A stretch of DNA of 64,000 nucleotides from Meiothermus sp. (GCA_033762915.1 JANRLD010000013.1:32001-96000); one strand, 5' to 3'. Shown: positions 1 through 10,125, numbered from the stretch's first letter. Made by a program: numbers and translations. The notes: generated by a model from the letters alone, not told the origin.

Positions 1-11
1 TCATAGCTTCC

Positions 12-701
12 TCAAGTGATACGCGTGACCGAATGAAGCTGCCCACCATCCCACCAGACCTCGATCCAGGGTTCTGAATCCTTAAATGTCCAAAGTACCA
101 ACTTCATCCCTTTGTTTTCGTACTCATCCCATGTGCTCTCTGCCCAACCCGTCTGCCATCCAGCCAACGCCGCATATGTAGACCGATCATCGTCGCTCTT
201 CCACGCTAAGGCTCGTTCATGCAGATAGTCGTCAAACGGAAAAATCAACTTTTGGTCTTCAAGTGGAAGGTCACCAAACCCCCAGTATGGCTGCCAGTTT
301 CTTCCAACTAACCATCGTTGAATGTCAGGAGAACTTAACTGCAAAGTAATGTCTATATTAGGTAACGACAATGCTTCTTGAGCAAACAGAGGCGTGCCGC
401 CATTCAAACTTGACCTATTCAAGGAGGCATCAGACTCCCACTCAACAACACTTTCTTCCCAATCATCCATACCGAGACTCAAATAAACGCTGAAGACACC
501 CGTCAGGCCGTCGAAACCGGGAGGCAAAAAACGACAGTCCACACTAATCCAGTGACGATGATTTCTCTTTCTTTTTTCTGAACCAACGATACCTTTTCCA
601 CCCCACACTGCCGCAAATTGACTATCCTCGCCAAAAGGCTCTAAGTTAACAGACGGCCTCGCTAGTTTGTGTGCCTCTTCAATTAACCGCTCAAGTGTCA
701 T
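12..701 (-). CDS. Hypothetical protein (possibly YwqG/DUF1963-like), lower-GC insert in the MoxR operon
   Basis: 229-aa ORF; ATG overlaps the DUF5682 stop (ATGA); RBS GGAGG upstream; AT-richer than flanks. The family guess is weak. Confidence 0.7.
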   Translation of the reverse strand: MTLERLIEEAHKLARPSVNLEPFGEDSQFAAVWGGKGIVGSEKRKRNHRHWISVDCRFLPPGFDGLTGVFSVYLSLGMDDWEESVVEWESDASLNRSSLNGGTPLFAQEALSLPNIDITLQLSSPDIQRWLVGRNWQPYWGFGDLPLEDQKLIFPFDDYLHERALAWKSDDDRSTYAALAGWQTGWAESTWDEYENKGMKLVLWTFKDSEPWIEVWWDGGQLHSVTRIT

Positions 702-2977
702 GCTTTACCTCCCAATCCGAGCAACTGTGCGTACAGCGGCAGCACCCTAGCCCCGCGCTCGTCGTCCACCATTCCATTGCCCTGTTTCGCCACCGCCACC
801 GCGCCCACTTCGGTTGCTTTGGCCTTCTCGCCCAGGCTGCGGCGCTCGGGGCTTTCAAAGCTGCTAAAGGTTCGGCGCAGCAGCGGTAGAATCCGCACGA
901 AGGCCTCTGAACTCAGCCCGGCCAGCCAGTTGTTGAGCAACCCAAACAGCCCGTCGTCGTGAATCAAAATTAGACCGCTGCCCTTGAGGAAACCCTCGAG
1001 CCAGCCGCTGGCCCGCTCGGGTTCGGGGTCGGAGAGGGCCAAGCCCAGTCGGCGGGCGGTCTCCTCGGAGTCGTAGAGGCCCGCCTCCATCAACAGGCGC
1101 ACCGCCCGGCCCACAATCAACCCGTGGCCCGAGTATTGGTTGGCCAGCTTGCCCAAGGTCTCTTGCCAGAGGGCGCTTTGCTCGGGGTCTTGCAGGGTCT
1201 GGAGGGCGGAGTGCAGCTCGAGGATTTTCCCGAACATCTCGAGGGCTGCGTCGTCGGAGATCGAGGCGCAGGCGTTGGGCAAGCCCACGCAAATGCGGGC
1301 CACCATGCCCTCCACGGCGTGGCCCACCATCTGGGTATCGGTCTGGCGCACGTTGCCGTAGCGCAGCACCCTCGCCAGCGGCGGTACCACCTGCATCAGC
1401 ACACCGATGTCGGTGGCCTGGGCGGCCTGGTTTTCGATGGAACGCATCAGGGCACTCGAGGCGGCGGGCAACTCGGCCAGCAGCACGTCCTCAAGCATTT
1501 TGGTGAGGGCGGGCAGGTCGGCGTTTTGGGTGGCCTCGATGACCCTGCCCGCGCTGGCATCCAGCACTGTGGAGCCGTAGCGGCCCGCTTCAATCAGGGC
1601 AACGGCGTACTCGGGTTCCCACTTAAGCTGCCAGGCCTCTTTGAAGGTTCCCTTGCTGCTGCTGTAGGCGGGGTGCGCCCACTCGATGCCCAGCAAGCGC
1701 AGGCGGTGAAAGAGCTGCGAGCGGCCCAGGTCGGTTTCCTTGCGGAGGTCTAGCTCGAGGTCGCGCACGGTTGCGTCTTGGGTCAGGCGCAGGCGCTTGA
1801 CTTCCTTGGCCAGGTCTTGCTGCAAGGGCGCGGCGGGAGTCTCGCCGGGCACTGCGCCCAGGCGTTCGCCTACCGTCAGTTTTTCGCCAATCAGTTGCAG
1901 CACCAGCGGGTTGCCGAAGGCGAAGGTGGCCTCGGCGGCTTGGTCCATTTCCTCGAGACCGGGCAGGGCTCGAGAGCGCATTGCGGCAAGGGTGTCGGCC
2001 AGCCGCACCGCGTCAATCACCTGTGCGGGGCTGCCACCCAAGTCCTGCTCGCGCAGCAGGGCCGCGATCTTGGCCATCCAGCGCTCGGTGATCTTGTCCG
2101 AACTCTCCCACAAGTGCTGGTACCACCCCGGCGAGGCAATGCCCGCGCCGTAGCCGCTGCTGCGCGAGAGCCGCCCATACGTCCAGGGAACCCAGGTGGC
2201 CGCCACTTTGGTTTTGGGCGGATTTTTGAGCAGCTCGGCGTCGGATTTTTTCAGGCCCTCCAGCGGCTTCTCCTTCAGCGCGGGGCCGTGCCAGGCTCCG
2301 CACACCACCGCGATGGTTTGATGACCCTCCTTGAGTGCGGCGCGGATGTTCTGGCGCATGGTGGCCTCGCGCAATTGTTCGTTCGCCTCCTCGGGTGGCT
2401 GGAATACGCCCTCGTCGGACTCACGCAGGGCCGAGATGGCCTCGAGGATCGCGGCAAAAACGTTCTCGTCCCGGCGCTCCTCGACCAGATAGTTCCACCA
2501 GCGCTCGAAGTCGGTGTATCCGGCGGCGTTTGCGAGTGCTGTTAATGAATCGGGTTGCGGGAGCTGTTCGGCAAGTTCGAGTGGGGGGGGAGGGGGGGAC
2601 TCGGGCGATTCTGCTTCGGGAGCGGGCTGGGTTTCTTTGCCGAGGGGTTCGGGGGCTTTTTGGCCCATGCGGTGGGTGAGCGGCAGGTCGAAAAAGCGGG
2701 TGGGGATGTTTTGGCTCAGGCCGTAGGTGAGGGCCTGCCACTCGGGCGAGAACCGGGCGAAGGGGTAGAAGGAGGCTTCGGCGGGGTTCTCGCTGGCGTA
2801 GACCAGCAGGGCCACAGGGGGCTGCATCTCGGCATGGAGCATCAAGGGCAGCAGGGGGTCGGCCTCGGGTGGGCCTTCGACCAGAATGCAGTCCGGGCGG
2901 AGCTGCTCGAGGGCTGTTTTCAAGCTTCGCGCCGAGCCGGGGCCGTGGTGCCGGATGCCGAAGATGTGGACGCTCAT
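698..2977 (-). CDS. DUF5682 family protein (YehM-like)
   Basis: N-terminus MSVHIFGIRHHGPGSARSL, ILVEGPPE and VVCGAWHGPAL motifs. Start placed at ATG 2977, with RBS GAGGA and overlap with the upstream stop. Confidence 0.88.
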   Translation of the reverse strand: MSVHIFGIRHHGPGSARSLKTALEQLRPDCILVEGPPEADPLLPLMLHAEMQPPVALLVYASENPAEASFYPFARFSPEWQALTYGLSQNIPTRFFDLPLTHRMGQKAPEPLGKETQPAPEAESPESPPPPPLELAEQLPQPDSLTALANAAGYTDFERWWNYLVEERRDENVFAAILEAISALRESDEGVFQPPEEANEQLREATMRQNIRAALKEGHQTIAVVCGAWHGPALKEKPLEGLKKSDAELLKNPPKTKVAATWVPWTYGRLSRSSGYGAGIASPGWYQHLWESSDKITERWMAKIAALLREQDLGGSPAQVIDAVRLADTLAAMRSRALPGLEEMDQAAEATFAFGNPLVLQLIGEKLTVGERLGAVPGETPAAPLQQDLAKEVKRLRLTQDATVRDLELDLRKETDLGRSQLFHRLRLLGIEWAHPAYSSSKGTFKEAWQLKWEPEYAVALIEAGRYGSTVLDASAGRVIEATQNADLPALTKMLEDVLLAELPAASSALMRSIENQAAQATDIGVLMQVVPPLARVLRYGNVRQTDTQMVGHAVEGMVARICVGLPNACASISDDAALEMFGKILELHSALQTLQDPEQSALWQETLGKLANQYSGHGLIVGRAVRLLMEAGLYDSEETARRLGLALSDPEPERASGWLEGFLKGSGLILIHDDGLFGLLNNWLAGLSSEAFVRILPLLRRTFSSFESPERRSLGEKAKATEVGAVAVAKQGNGMVDDERGARVLPLYAQLLGLGGKA

Positions 2978-3591
2978 ACCTGTTCCTCTGAGTACCGGCG
3001 TTGCCGGGGGCCACACGGCCCTTCACTGTCGGTAGCCCAGTTGGCGGGGTTGTGGGCAATGTACTGGCGGATGTTCTCGAGGTGGCGGTCGTTTCTGATG
3101 ATTTGGTCGTGGTAGCGTTCCTGCCAAACGTCCGCACCTGGGGTTTGGCGAAGGCGATTAATCTTGGTGGTCACAGACGATTTTAAACCCGCCACCAAAG
3201 ACCCCAACGACCGCTTCGGTCGAAACAACAATGGCGTTGACCGTAGGGACGCACGGCCGTGCGTCTGCTCTGGGGCTGTAAAATCCACGTTGGAATCTGC
3301 CTCCGCTTTGGTTTGATCTGGTGGTTCAGATTTGGAAATCAATACAATGGCATGCAGATGATTGGGCATAATGACAAATTCGTCGAGAAAGATTTCCTTG
3401 CGAATCCCTTCTGATTTCAACCATTCCTCGAGCACGGTTTCACCCAAAGCATTCAAATGCATTGCCCCATCTGAAACCTCCCCAAACAGGTGCTCACCGT
3501 GGTAGGTCTTAATGGTGATGAAATACGCGCCATTTGAAGAGTAATCGAACCCTTTCAAACGGGGGGATTTTCGCTGGGGGCGGTTATACAT
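2974..3591 (-). mobile_element. rayT: REP-associated tyrosine transposase (RAYT, Y1_Tnp/HUH family)
   Basis: RKSPRLKGFDYS..GAYFITI, FVIMPNHLH (HUH), WQERYHDQIIR and YIAHNP motifs; GTAG-hairpin REPs inside and upstream. Confidence 0.92.
3243..3265 (+). repeat. REP element inside the RAYT gene
   Basis: GTAG followed by the palindrome GGACGCACGGCCGTGCGTC. Confidence 0.85.
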
Positions 3592-3608
3592 ACGTGCTCA
3601 CCATGTTC

Positions 3609-3632
3609 GGACGCACGGCCGTGCGTCCCTAC
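3609..3632 (-). repeat. REP element upstream of RAYT
   Basis: Perfect 20-bp palindrome GGACGCACGGCCGTGCGTCC followed by CTAC (GTAG on the minus strand); inverted relative to the 3243 copy. Confidence 0.88.
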
Positions 3633-3637
3633 AACAA

Positions 3638-4720
3638 TCACAACACTTCGCGGCAGGCGCGGTACAGGTCTTTCCAGCCGTTGCGTTCTTTGAGGACGGC
3701 CTCGAGGTATTCCTGGTACACCACCTTGTCCTGCACCGGGTCTTTGACGATTGCGCCCACCAGCCCCGAGGCGATGTCGGCGGCGTTCAGCACCCCGCTG
3801 CCAAAGTGCCCCGCCAGCGCCATGCCTTGCCCCACCACGCTGATGGCCTCGGCGGTGGAAAGGGTACCCGAGGGCGACTTGATTTTGGTCTTGCCGTCGG
3901 CGGTCAGGCCGTTCCTCAGTTCGCGGAAGATGGTAACCACCCGACGGATTTCCTCGAGCGCGGGCTTTTCACCGGGTAATTCCAAGGCCCGCCCCAGGCT
4001 CTCCACCCGGCGGCTGACGATGTCCACTTCTTCCTCGAGGGTGTCGGGGGTGGGCAGCACCACCGTGTTGAAGCGGCGCTTGAGGGCGCTGGAAAGCTCG
4101 TTCACGCCACGGTCTTTGTTGTTGGCGGTGGCGATCAGGTTGAAGCCCTTGACCGCCTGCACCTCGGTGTTCAGTTCGGGAATGGGCAGGGTCTTTTCCG
4201 ACAGAATGGTGATGAGGGTGTCCTGCACGTCGGAGGGGATGCGGGTGAGTTCCTCCATGCGGGCAATCTTGCCGTCCTGCATGGCCCGCACCATTGGGCT
4301 TTCCACCAGCGCTCCACGGCTGGGGCCTTCGGCCAGTAGCTTGGCGTAGTTCCAGCCGTAGCGCACCGCTTCTTCGGAGGTGCCCGCCGTACCCTGAATC
4401 AGCAGGGTGGAGTCGCCGGAGATAGCCGCCGCGAGGTGTTCGGAGACCCAGCTTTTGGCGGTTCCGGGCACGCCGTAAAGCAGCAGGGCGCGGTCGGTGG
4501 CCAGCGTCGCCACGGCAATTTCCATCAGGCGGCGGCTGCCGATGTATTTGGGAGTGACCTCGAGCTTCCCCGCCTGCCCGCCCATCAAATACTCCGTCAC
4601 CGCCCAGGGCGAGAGTTTCCAGTTGGGGGGTTTTGGCTTGTCATCAATCTTGGCGAGGGCCTCGAGTTCTTCGGCGTACTGGACTTCGGCGTGTTGGCGT
4701 AGGACGGCGGTCGGACTCAT
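3638..4720 (-). CDS. MoxR-family AAA+ ATPase (YehL-like)
   Basis: Walker A GVPGTAKS, Walker B region RMEELTR, ATANNKDRGVNELSSALKRRF. Confidence 0.92.
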   Translation of the reverse strand: MSPTAVLRQHAEVQYAEELEALAKIDDKPKPPNWKLSPWAVTEYLMGGQAGKLEVTPKYIGSRRLMEIAVATLATDRALLLYGVPGTAKSWVSEHLAAAISGDSTLLIQGTAGTSEEAVRYGWNYAKLLAEGPSRGALVESPMVRAMQDGKIARMEELTRIPSDVQDTLITILSEKTLPIPELNTEVQAVKGFNLIATANNKDRGVNELSSALKRRFNTVVLPTPDTLEEEVDIVSRRVESLGRALELPGEKPALEEIRRVVTIFRELRNGLTADGKTKIKSPSGTLSTAEAISVVGQGMALAGHFGSGVLNAADIASGLVGAIVKDPVQDKVVYQEYLEAVLKERNGWKDLYRACREVL

Positions 4721-5640
4721 ACGTTCTCCCGTACTTTCTCGAGCAGGTTCTGGCGGGCAAGCATTCTGATGCTGTTGTCAGGGTCGTTAGTCAGACGTTG
4801 AAGGGTGTGGCAAGTGGTGGATGGATGCATGGCTACGCGGTAGCGGATTTCCCCATATCGGTCGCAACTCAAAACATCAAGCAAGCTCGCAGACAATGCG
4901 GGGTTTGCCACCACGCGACGGCGCACCTCCATGGCAGGGTCGACGGAGAGTTGACCTAAACTATGGACCGGCGTGTTCGGGTTACCAGCAACCTCTGCTC
5001 TGACTTCCCAGAGTGCGTCTGAAGAAAGTCGAGTCAACGTCTGTGGGGTCGTTTTTGGCGAAGCGGCGATGAATACTCTCAACCCATCCAGCGAACTCGC
5101 TGAGAAATGGTCTAGGACACTCGGGCTGGCTTTTTCCATGGTCGCGTGATTCAGCTCGACCAGCCCCTCTCGCAATAGAGCATCTCGTGTCGCCTGCGAG
5201 ATCAGTCCATATAGGAAGACGTGGGTACGGACACGAACATCGTCGCAGCGGGCCAGACGCTCCTGCACCGCAAGAGGCACTCGAGCTATATGGCGTACAA
5301 GTACGGCGTACACAACTTCCGATCTGGGGTCTTCCGCCAAGTGTTCAATGAGCGGCGGGGCCAGGTTCGGGTTCCCAGCAACCGCCTCACGCACGGTGTG
5401 ATGCTTATGGGCGGACAGCTTCTCGAGAGATGATCCGGGAGTATTACGATTTCTAGCAACCGCCTTCAGAATGTTGAACTTGCCGTGTCCAGAGAGATAG
5501 ATGAGGGTAGCGGAACTGGAATTCGGGTTGTTGGCTACAGCCAATTGTATTCCGGCATCGGCAACACGGGCCAGCTCCTCGAGCCGCACCACCGAGGTAG
5601 TTAGGCTCCTGGCCTCTTTCTTCAATGCATCTAGACTCAT
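4717..5640 (-). CDS. LRV/HEAT-like repeat protein
   Basis: Repeated VRxxVAxNPxTPxxxLxxLxxD units; ATGA coupling at both ends. Confidence 0.8.
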   Translation of the reverse strand: MSLDALKKEARSLTTSVVRLEELARVADAGIQLAVANNPNSSSATLIYLSGHGKFNILKAVARNRNTPGSSLEKLSAHKHHTVREAVAGNPNLAPPLIEHLAEDPRSEVVYAVLVRHIARVPLAVQERLARCDDVRVRTHVFLYGLISQATRDALLREGLVELNHATMEKASPSVLDHFSASSLDGLRVFIAASPKTTPQTLTRLSSDALWEVRAEVAGNPNTPVHSLGQLSVDPAMEVRRRVVANPALSASLLDVLSCDRYGEIRYRVAMHPSTTCHTLQRLTNDPDNSIRMLARQNLLEKVRENV

Positions 5641-6047
5641 GCCTCACCTCGAGACCCCTCTACAATCCGCTTCCAGCTCAGCGGTACAAACGCAGCCAAC
5701 AGCAAAATGGGTGTGGAGAAAGCCAGAGCCATCCCCATCCACTGGATAAAGTTCATTCGCATCCAACCGTTCTGACTGGTAAAAAACAATACAAACGGGA
5801 CTGCTGCCAGCACAAACACCAGCAAGGCCCAAGCCAGTCCCTCGAGGTAATTCCAACGCACTTCACGCCGAAAGCGATACCACAGCAGCGCGACCAGGCT
5901 CGAGGCCACCCAGACCAGCCCGGCAATCAGCCCCGCGAAGGCCCACATGTTTACCCGCCCACCAATCAACATCCCCAGCACCAAACCCACGCCCACGCTC
6001 ACCGCAGCGTTGAGCAAGAGCAGCCGGAACACTACGGCTGGCTTCAC
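5637..6047 (-). CDS. Small membrane protein (about 4 TM helices), unknown function
   Basis: Hydrophobic 136-aa frame starting at a GTG that overlaps the upstream stop (GTGA); it is the C-terminal part of track ORF 5637..6353. Confidence 0.7.
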   Translation of the reverse strand: MKPAVVFRLLLLNAAVSVGVGLVLGMLIGGRVNMWAFAGLIAGLVWVASSLVALLWYRFRREVRWNYLEGLAWALLVFVLAAVPFVLFFTSQNGWMRMNFIQWMGMALAFSTPILLLAAFVPLSWKRIVEGSRGEA

Positions 6048-7606
6048 AGTGCTCCCCCTGGCTTGCTGAAGGCTTGGTGCATCCGGCGGCGGAACTCGAG
6101 GGTTTCTACAAACTTCCCAAACGCCTCGAACAGCGGGTGCTCGGGGTCGCGGAAGGCTTGGTGTAGCGGCTCGGGGATGGAGTCCAGCGCCAAGACCGGG
6201 CTGTGCAGGGCCAAGGTGGGGAGGAAAGAGGCAATCTGCCAATCGCGCTGTTTCATCTTCTGCCAGTAGGTCAGGCCAATCATCAGGCGCTGGATAAAGG
6301 CCGCCCCCATCTCGGTGCTCCAAGGCTGGGGGCAGGCTGTAAGAAGCTGCCACTCGAGGCTGTGCGGCTCGAGCGGCCCGCTGCCGGTCTTAAGGCGGCG
6401 CAGGGCTTGGGCCTGCACTTCTGGGGTGGGTAAGGCCTGCGCCGCCGCGCTGGTCTGGTGGTCGGGCAGGAGTTCCATCAGGGCAGTCGTCCAGGCTGCG
6501 TCCTTGAAGCGCACCGCCGCCGAAAGCCACGCGCCCGGCAGCACCTCCTTCCAGTCTTTTTCCCGCAGGGCCACGGGTACGAGTTCCTGCGCCTCGCCCC
6601 AAACGCTGGGGGGAACCCGCCCCACCATCTGCTGGAACCACCAGGTCTTCTCGCCCATCCCATAGGGCACGTTTTTTTGCTCAATGCCGTCCCGCGTCCA
6701 CTCCTTCTCGAACTTCTCGGGCAGGGCGATTTCGATTTTCACAGTGGGCTTTTTCCCGCTCAGGCTCGAGACCAGCCCGCCCACGATTCCCTGCGGCTTG
6801 GGTGACTCAATCCGCAAAAAGGCTCCGGCTCGAGCGGTCATCCGGCCCACCATCCGCGACCCACTCAGGCTGCCCAGCAAGTCCACGGCGGTGCTGCGCA
6901 CTTCCTTGCGCTTATCGTCGAGACAACGCTCAAGAAAATCCTCGTCTTCCAGCGAAAGCCCTACCTCGAGGGATTCCAGCAGCCTGGCCTTGGCCTCAGG
7001 GGTTTCGCCGTTCCAGGTCTCCTCGAGCTTGGCCCGTGCAGCCTGGGGGTCGCGCCCGCGCAGCCCGCGCACGTAGGCAGCCCGCTCGGCAAGGCTGCCA
7101 TCGTCCCAGATGGAGTCGGGGAGCTGGCTGGGCGTGACCCACGCGCCGTACTCGAGGAACCTGGCCGCCCAGCGCCCGCGCTCGTCCAAGACCTGCAGGG
7201 CCAGCGGGCGCAGTTCGGGCTTGAAGTGGCCTTCGCGAATGACGCGGTGCAGCCAGCCCCGCGCCGGGCGCACCTGGGCCTGCACCATCAGGCCCAGCAG
7301 CTCGCCCAGCAGTTGGGGCCTGTCGCTCAAAACGCTCTGGAAGACCTGATGCTGGGCGTCGCTCAGGGCGGGCCAACGGTCGGGCGGCGCGGGGCTGAGG
7401 GGCGGATGGGGGCTTTGCGGGGCCTGCCAGCCTGCGCCCAGGTAGCCCTGAGCCAGGGCTGCCGCGTTGAGCAAGGCTTCCTCGCGGTTGGGATGGTCGG
7501 GTAGTAGTTCGGCAAAGGGTGTGCCCGCCGCGCTGGGCGGGGCCTGTCGCTCGGTGCCCAGCAGGGCGGCGGCGGCGAGGCGTTGGTAGAAAACGTGGGC
7601 GCTCAT
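6044..7606 (-). CDS. DUF5691 domain protein
   Basis: AAALLGTERQ N-terminus, DEDFLERCLDDKRKEVR motif; RBS AGGAG and ATGA overlap; typical position in this operon type. Confidence 0.82.
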   Translation of the reverse strand: MSAHVFYQRLAAAALLGTERQAPPSAAGTPFAELLPDHPNREEALLNAAALAQGYLGAGWQAPQSPHPPLSPAPPDRWPALSDAQHQVFQSVLSDRPQLLGELLGLMVQAQVRPARGWLHRVIREGHFKPELRPLALQVLDERGRWAARFLEYGAWVTPSQLPDSIWDDGSLAERAAYVRGLRGRDPQAARAKLEETWNGETPEAKARLLESLEVGLSLEDEDFLERCLDDKRKEVRSTAVDLLGSLSGSRMVGRMTARAGAFLRIESPKPQGIVGGLVSSLSGKKPTVKIEIALPEKFEKEWTRDGIEQKNVPYGMGEKTWWFQQMVGRVPPSVWGEAQELVPVALREKDWKEVLPGAWLSAAVRFKDAAWTTALMELLPDHQTSAAAQALPTPEVQAQALRRLKTGSGPLEPHSLEWQLLTACPQPWSTEMGAAFIQRLMIGLTYWQKMKQRDWQIASFLPTLALHSPVLALDSIPEPLHQAFRDPEHPLFEAFGKFVETLEFRRRMHQAFSKPGGAL

Positions 7607-8943
7607 GGCTGCTCCTGATGGGTCAGGTTGAAGAGATCGAGGTCTTCCGGGCTGTGGGCGCACAGGGGCAGAAAGGTCTGGCCGTCCCACTCGCCAAAGA
7701 GGTTCGGTGCGTACCCGCCGCACTGGGCCAGCAGGGCCTCGGAAAGGTTGAAGCGCGGGTGCAGCCGCACCTGCTCGCCGCCCCCGCAGCGCAGCGTCCA
7801 GGCGCTGGGCTCGCCGAGGGGCTCGAGGGTCGCGCTAAAGACCACCGGGACGCGCGTAACCCAGGGGTTCTGGGCCAGGGCCTGGCTATAGCGGTCCAGC
7901 ACGGCGCCGAACGGCTCCGCCGCGAGGCCCCGCACCCGAAGGTCGCGGCGAAGCAGCCCGCGCTTGGGCACGGCCCGAAGGGGGTAGGCGCTGGGGTAGA
8001 AGGCCAGCTCGCCCTCCCACACGTCGCCGAAGGCCAGGAACTGCTCGAAGGGCTGTTTACCGAAAGCGAACTCCAGCAACAGCGCCCAGCGCCCGGTGGC
8101 CTCGCCCCGCAGCCACGACCGCCGCGCCCGCAGGTTCTCCTCGACCTCGGTGGACTGGCCCAGCACCTGCCAGCAGTCGAGGACACCCTCCTGGGCCAAT
8201 ACTTCCTCCTGCGGCTGGCTGAACCCGATCGCGGTGCGCAGGTCGGCCTGGGTCTCGGGGGAGAGGCCCTCGAGGTGCTTGTGGCCCTGCACCAGCAGGT
8301 GAATCCGCCCCAGGCGCTGGAGCAGCCGCTCCTGCCAGCCCTCGCCGCTGGTGTGCTCGGCCAGTTCGCGCACCATGCGGGCCAGGCCAGGGGCCTGCGC
8401 GTCCACCAGGCGTTTTGCGGCGGCGTCCCAGTAGCCGTAGCCCTTGCCGGGGGCCTGGGCCAGCCCGCCACGCACCAGGTCGTAGAGCCAGAGCTGAAGC
8501 TCCTCGAGGCCCTTCTCGACCTTTTTCGCTCGAGCGGCCAGGCGTTTGGTCTGGGCGGCCTCGTCGGCGGGCTTGGGCGGCTCGGCAGCTTTTGCGGCTT
8601 TGGTCTCGGCTTTTTGGGCACGGGTCTCCAGCCACTCCGCCACCCAGGGGGGCGGGTCGGCCGTGGCAAAGCTGTCGGGCTTGGCGGCGTAGAGCAGCAG
8701 CAGCCCAATGCTGTGCTTGCAGGGGAATTTGCGGCTGGGGCAACTGCACTTGGCGCTGCCCCCCTCAAGGTCTACACGGGTCTGGTAGGGCAACTTGCCG
8801 CTGCCCTGGCACTCGCCCCAGATGGCCGCGTCGTTTCGGGCAAAGGAGACCCACTTGCTGAAAGAGGCCAGTCCGCGCCCTGCCGAGGCCGAGCTGGCAT
8901 CGGGGGCCAGCGCCAATACTCTGTCGGAAGTCCAGTTGCTCAT
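7603..8943 (-). CDS. SWIM zinc-finger protein (YehQ-like)
   Basis: WGECQGSGKLPY and CSCPSRKFPCKH (SWIM CxC...CxH); RLVDAQAPGLA motif. Confidence 0.9.
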   Translation of the reverse strand: MSNWTSDRVLALAPDASSASAGRGLASFSKWVSFARNDAAIWGECQGSGKLPYQTRVDLEGGSAKCSCPSRKFPCKHSIGLLLLYAAKPDSFATADPPPWVAEWLETRAQKAETKAAKAAEPPKPADEAAQTKRLAARAKKVEKGLEELQLWLYDLVRGGLAQAPGKGYGYWDAAAKRLVDAQAPGLARMVRELAEHTSGEGWQERLLQRLGRIHLLVQGHKHLEGLSPETQADLRTAIGFSQPQEEVLAQEGVLDCWQVLGQSTEVEENLRARRSWLRGEATGRWALLLEFAFGKQPFEQFLAFGDVWEGELAFYPSAYPLRAVPKRGLLRRDLRVRGLAAEPFGAVLDRYSQALAQNPWVTRVPVVFSATLEPLGEPSAWTLRCGGGEQVRLHPRFNLSEALLAQCGGYAPNLFGEWDGQTFLPLCAHSPEDLDLFNLTHQEQP

Positions 8944-9132
8944 AAGCGTGCGTTGCGGTCGGGGGAAGGGACGGTTCGGGGCTGGTCTGATTATGTAAAA
9001 AACATAATTTACCATTACCCTAATGTCAACAGCCCGACCGTTACCTTAAACCCGAAGGCCCATCCACGCTAACAGAAAAGCCCCGTTTTTCCGGTGAAAA
9101 AGACCTTGATGGTTTCTAAAACTCTGGGACGA

Positions 9133-9177
9133 GTTTGCCGCCGCGTTACCCGCACGTTACCGCCGCTTGGCTAAAGT
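9133..9177 (+). promoter_or_regulatory. Putative SARP/BTAD activator box and -10 element
   Basis: GTTTGCC(9133), CGTTACC(9144), CGTTACC(9155) at 11-bp period, then 10 nt, then TAAAGT. Confidence 0.65.
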
Positions 9178-9225
9178 CGGTTGGCAGTAGCCCCTGTTTG
9201 AGGTTGAGTCAAGAACGGAGCCGCC

Positions 9226-10068
9226 ATGACACACCCTAAAACCCCCCACCACGCCGGCGATTTTCAACCTTTGGCCCGTCGACTCATCTCAGTGATTTTG
9301 CTTCTGGCCATCGCCAATGGGGGCTTTTTGTATCTGCTGCCCGGCTTGGCCAAAGAGCACTACGCCTGGGCCATTCAGCCCCCCATCAACGCGGCCTTTA
9401 TGGGTGCGGGCTACGCGGCGGGCATCGTGGCAACCGGGCTGGCTTTTTTCCTCACCCGCCACTGGCGCTCGGTGCGTCCGCTGATGCCGGCTTTTTTCGG
9501 GCTGGGCCTGACCCTTCTGCTCTCGACTCTGCTGCATGCGGGGCGCTTCAAATGGGACTACCCGCTGACCTGGGTTTGGACGCTGGTGTATCTCCTTATT
9601 CCCGTTGTGGCCGTGGTGATTTGGCACTGGCACGAGCGGGATCAAGTGGCCAGACCGCCCGACCCCCGCCTCGAGCACGTCCGCCAATCTTCGCAGGTGT
9701 TGGGGGCTTTGTTGGGGGCGTTTGCGCTGGCCCTGTTCGCAGTGCCGCAGCCCTTTGTGGAGGTCTGGCCCTGGCCCACGACCCCGCTGCTGGCTCGAGT
9801 GTTTTCCGGCTGGTATCTGCTGGTGGCCTTAATCTTCCTCACCGTAGGCTTCGGTTTGCAGCAAGCCCGCGAAGTTCCCATCGCTTACCTGACCACGGCG
9901 GCTTGGGGCGTGCTGTCGCTCCTGCTGTTGCTGCTACATCCCGAAAGCCTGCGGGTTGGATGGGGCTTGTGGGCCTGGGCGGGGCTGCACACGGCTGTGC
10001 TGTTTTTCAGCGGCTGGGCCACAGCCCGAGCCCTGCGGGTGATGCGGCTCGAGGGGCAACGTCTGTAG
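9226..10068 (+). CDS. Integral membrane protein, unknown function
   Basis: 280 aa, about 8 hydrophobic segments, two internally similar halves (WAIQPP / WPWPTTP); RBS GGAG. Confidence 0.8.
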   Translation: MTHPKTPHHAGDFQPLARRLISVILLLAIANGGFLYLLPGLAKEHYAWAIQPPINAAFMGAGYAAGIVATGLAFFLTRHWRSVRPLMPAFFGLGLTLLLSTLLHAGRFKWDYPLTWVWTLVYLLIPVVAVVIWHWHERDQVARPPDPRLEHVRQSSQVLGALLGAFALALFAVPQPFVEVWPWPTTPLLARVFSGWYLLVALIFLTVGFGLQQAREVPIAYLTTAAWGVLSLLLLLLHPESLRVGWGLWAWAGLHTAVLFFSGWATARALRVMRLEGQRL

Positions 10069-10091
10069 CCGAACGGTTGGCACAACCTTCA

Positions 10092-10125
10092 CGTTACCCT
10101 CGCGTTACTGCCCTTCATCTATCTT
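10092..10125 (+). promoter_or_regulatory. Putative SARP/BTAD activator box and -10 element
   Basis: CGTTACC(10092), CGTTACT(10103), then 10 nt, then TATCTT. Confidence 0.65.
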
